Assembly: GCF_021028975.2 (NCBI RefSeq)
Contig: NC_059428.1
Coordinates: forward strand, 80,290,001 to 80,354,000
Source of the DNA: Sphaerodactylus townsendi
Lineage: Eukaryota
Length of the DNA: 64,000 nt
Direction of reading: 5' to 3'
Part shown: piece after piece, positions 59,801 through 64,000 of the stretch
Layout of the letters: each line of letters begins with the position of its first letter
Numbering within the stretch: position 1 is the stretch's first letter
Notes under the pieces: model-generated
Database searches by the model: none
What the model was told of the DNA's origin: nothing
The model's input: only the letters and a program-made list of their open reading frames with translations
Translations under genes and position numbers: made by a program

Positions 59801-62264
59801 ACGATCTAAATAAACAAAATACAATTCAAAAACTCAAATTCACTGAACTATATTCTGGATCCTGTATCTTCAGGAACACAGCTTAAGGGGTCAAGAGTCC
59901 TTTGAGTTTGACCTCTAGCCATAGCTATGGGAGAGAGAAAGAAGCTCCACCTAGCAGCAACTGACAGATGTTAACATCTTCCTCCTTTTGTGTTATTTTA
60001 AAATAAAATTGTTTCTTGTTAATTTGTAAAATTATGTTAAGTAACTGGCAGATATGTTGCCAGAATTCCCCTCCTGTGCTCTAAAGGCATCAACATTGTC
60101 AGACTGATTGGCTGTACGTGATCTAAAAAATTAATGGACACAAACCCACATCAAGTCAAAGAATATAGCCACAGGGCAAAGATATTAGGACAAGTGGAGC
60201 AGTGAAAATACATGGCAACCTGGAATCAAATGAGAGTGCTGCTCTGAAAGTGAGCACAATGGACAAAACTGCCCAATTGACTGAAAATGCTAATTGCTGC
60301 CCAGTGGGGTTATGCCACACTAAAACGTGCTGTATGTCACTGGACAGAGAAGGGGGTGTTCCCTGATGAAAAGTCTGTTGGCTTCATCCTGAGGAATGGC
60401 TCCAGATCACTCTTACCCACACTGGTGTGGGCTTCTGTGACAGTTCACAAGAATTTTATGGGGGGAGGTGCAAATGGACAGATGGAGACAGCGAAGGGCC
60501 ATGCTAGTGCATTTGCTCCCTCAACTGGTGTAACGGTGGAGAGGGCAAAGGTACCCATGGCTGGGCACCCTTTAGTTCCACAGCAGTGAAACCAGGAAGT
60601 GGCCACCATAGAAAAATGCTGGAGTCCAATTGGACACCAGTGCAGGGGGTGGACAGGCTGGGGCATCCGATGTTAGTCGGTTTCCACCGGAGTTTAGGGC
60701 TGAAAACATGGAAGCCCAGGCCTCGGACTTATGCCATCCTTTCATTTAGCTCTATGACGGGCTTTCAGGTAGTGGGGGTTAGTTTTTTCCTGCCTCCCCA
60801 GGCCACCTGAAAGTCCTCAGTGGCAGAGCATGGCAACAGTAGCATACCCAACCTCCTCAGGCTTTGGATTGGGCTGCTCAAGGCCTCTGACCAGAGTTGG
60901 GATTCAGCAGGTTCACACCACTTCGGCAGAAGCGGTTGTTGAAATGGTGCTTGTAAACAACCAATTGTTAAATTATTTGAATCTCACCAATGCCTCTGAC
61001 ATTCTGTTTCCAGGGTCATATCCAATTCAGAGGCGTGGACAAAAGACAAAATTCAACAGCTGAAAGTGTTGAAAAGCAGTCTTTGTGGAGGGTGGGGGAC
61101 ACAGCTCACCTTACTAGTTGTGCTTCAAAAGGGACCAGTCAATAGATTCAAAGCATTGCATCGCATTTTATTTGCTCAATTATTATACAGCTAATTAGCG
61201 AGCTGCTGCTCACATTGCTTCATTTTCAGTGAGGAGAGACAGGCAGAGAAAGATATGAAGTGCTAATGAATAAAGCAGAAACAAAATGTACAGCAAAGAA
61301 AAATGATGCTCCTGCAAAAAAAAAAAAGACCACTCTCTCCTAATGGCTAATATAGCATAAGTGCTATTCACAAAATAAACACTTTCTCTCTTACAGCATT
61401 AGAGCAGTTTACATATGCGGATCCCACAACCTGCATTCTCCACTAAGTGCTGTAGTGATTAAAACCCCATTGTCCACAAAGGCAAACATAAGGAGATGCT
61501 GGTTTTGATTGAGTAGAAAGCTCATCTGTTTGACAGCACTGTATAATAGCAAGTAACTGTGATGATGAACTCTTTCAATAGTACTGTAGATATGATAACT
61601 ATAGTGCATTAACAGCCCTAGAGTTATAATCCAGAAAGTACTTCTGATATAATCCATTATCAAACAATCCATGTTGACAAAAAGAATAGAACCTTCGAGC
61701 TGGAATTAACCATGTCTAATCCTTCAAAAGGCATACTGTTTTTTAAAGTTCTATATAGTTCAATTTGGTAGATTTAAAAAAAGTTCAGTTTTACAGCAGG
61801 AAAGGATTATAATGTAGTATCTGTCCTTCCTTGCAGTTATTCACCAGGTTTGTTTCAGCCAGAATTGAAATTTATTACCTTGGATTCATGCCTTGGATCC
61901 CTGTTTGTTTTAGTTCAGTCTGCCCTTGAAGACTTAAAAGAAAGTATCGTTTAGGAACACACATATACACATTGTACTTCGCAGAGCTGGCATCAGTAGT
62001 CAGCAAGGTCAAACAGATACCAAAGCCTGAGGGCTTCCCAGGGGCCAACCTGTTGTGGAATAATTGTGTTATTTTCATACAAGGAAAATTCAGTGGCACT
62101 GTAAAGACTAGCAACTACCATTTGCCACTGTAGGTAAAGGACAGAGATTCAGGTTTCAGAGAGTGGACACCAGGGGGCATAAAAGCAAGCAATAATAAAA
62201 CAATTAAACTCCATAGCAATAATTCATACCAAGCATTGACTTCTCACTCCTCTTCACCATAAGG

Positions 62265-63700
62265 TAAGGTAATTGAGAGAGCAGTGGTGGATCAGCTCCA
62301 GAGGTTCCTGGATGATGCTAATGTATTGGATCCCTTCCAGTCTGGTTTCTGCTCAATTTGGATAGAGGTAGTTTGGCACTGCTGGTGTTATTAGATCTCA
62401 CCACAGCGGATCATGGTGATCATGGATCATGGCCTTTTGGTCCACCGCCTCACTGATATGGGAGTTCAAGACTGGCTAGCCTCATTTCTCCAAGACTGGG
62501 GACTGCAGGTAACATTGGGGGGAGAGAACTCCAGGCATCATCCCATAATTTGTTGGGTGCCACAGGGGGCGATCCTCTCTCCAATGCTTTTTAATGTCTA
62601 TATGCACCCCCTGGTGAGTTTGGTCCAGAGTTTTGGGCTGCAGTGTCACCAATATGCGGATGACACCCAGCTCATGTTCACGATGGAGTTCACGATCTTC
62701 AGCCCCTGGAGCTCTCCAGCATTGTTTAGAGGCTGTGGCTGGTTGGTTGAGAGCGAGCCAGCTGGAAGTTAAATCCTGCAAAGACAGAGGTCCTATGGTT
62801 GGGTCTAGGGGAGCAACCGGTGGACCTTTGCCTGCCTACACTGAACAACGAGGCTTTGCATTTAGCCTCATCTGTCAGAAACCTGGAAGTGACCTTGGAC
62901 CCAACATTGACACTTGAGGCCCAGGTCACTTGGACAGGCCAGGTAGTGTTCCATCACTTGAGGCAGGCAGGACAACTGGCCTCATATCTCTCCCGTTCTG
63001 ACCTGGCCATAGTGATCCATGCAATGGTCACCTCCAGGCTTGATTATTGTAACTCGCATTATGCTGGCCTGCCTTTTACTGTGATCCGGAAACTGAAATT
63101 CATGCAACATGCGGCAGCCAGACTCCTTACTGGAGTGTCTAGCCAGGACTGAATTATACAGGTTCCCATACCATCTGCACCAGCTGCCCATTGAGTTCCA
63201 GATCATATTAAAGGATTGGTTTTCACCTTGAAGGCTATAAGCGGCCTTGGGCCTACATACCAGAGGGACCACATCTCCCCATATTGCCCCACTAGGTGCC
63301 TATGCTCCTCGGAGGAGAATCTATTAGTGGTCCCTGGCCCGAAGGCCATCTGGTTGGCCTCTTTTGCAGCCCTGGCCCCTATCTGGTGGAACAGGCTCCC
63401 TAGAGAGACCAGGGCCCTGCAGGACTTGCACAGTTTCTGCAGGGCCTATAAAACGGACCTGTTCTGCCAGGCATTTGGCCAGCCAGGTTGATTGTCATCA
63501 GCCCTGTTCCATTCTAGGCCCCTCGTGGGCATGGAGAAGGGTGGGAGTTTATTGCCATCTGCTACAATATTGTTCCTTTTATGCTAATTTATTCTGAGTA
63601 TGGTTTTATTGGTTTTACTGTATGTATTTTAGATTTTTATAGTTTTACTCTGTTGTTCACTGTCCTGAGCCCTTCGAGGGAGGGCGGTTTATAAGTTTAA
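62265..63700 (+). mobile_element. 5'-truncated L2 LINE
   Basis: LDPFQSGF, VPQGAILSPMLFNVYM, HQYADDTQL, HAMVTSRLDYCNS, QHAAARLL and WWNRLP, with a typical L2 tail CTGAGCCCTTCGAGGGAGGGCGG. Confidence 0.9.
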
Positions 63701-63737
63701 TAATCATCGTCGTCGTCGTCGTCATCATCATCATCAA

Positions 63738-64000
63738 TGTTAAAAGCAAAAAACAGAAAAAAATGCAACACTTTGATTTTGGAAAGATTCTGGGAAAACG
63801 AGAGAGATTACAACAGAAAGGTGCAGTGGATAAAAGATTTTGAAAAAGATGTTGGCCAGAAACAAATGCAAGAGATGGAAATAACAACTGATATGATAAC
63901 AAATCGAAGCAAGAAAGTGAAAAACTGGACAACATCAGGACATGATCAATTGCATGGCTTCTGGCTCAAATACCTAACCAGTTTGCATCCGACAATGGCC
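63738..64000 (+). mobile_element. 5'-truncated Dong/R4 LINE inserted in the microsatellite tail of the L2 (runs off the window)
   Basis: FWENERDYNRKVQWIKDF...EITTDMI...KVKNWTTSGHDQLHGFWLKYLTSLH, the R4 pre-RT motif, directly after (TAA)(TCG)n(TCA)n. Confidence 0.8.

Overview
AT-rich vertebrate genomic DNA, almost certainly a squamate reptile. The SINE, Dong-R4, BovB and MITE families suggest a gecko-type lizard (inference). No host protein-coding exon could be recognised, so the window looks intronic or intergenic and is dense with transposable elements. Main elements: (1) three divergent Ngaro-type tyrosine-recombinase retrotransposons: a decayed near-complete copy on the minus strand (~16.75-21.4 kb), a young CpG-rich gag-less copy on the plus strand (28.1-31.7 kb) carrying RT, RNase H, YR and an SGNH/GDSL hydrolase ORF, and an internally deleted copy (~56.4-58.1 kb); (2) a full-length ~6.5 kb L1 (34821-41357, minus) with a perfect 15-bp TSD; (3) remnants of Dong/R4, L2, RTE-BovB, Penelope, Gypsy and a hAT/Buster transposase; (4) two non-autonomous Helitrons, Harbinger, hAT and Tc1/pogo MITEs, and tRNA- and 5S-derived SINEs; (5) a 134-nt assembly gap. 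The most interesting signal is that the hydrolase ORF (and probably the YR ORF) of the young Ngaro copy has no ATG and starts directly behind a branch-point/polypyrimidine/AG motif, suggesting env-like expression from spliced subgenomic RNA. All family assignments come from motif recognition by eye, not from database searches.
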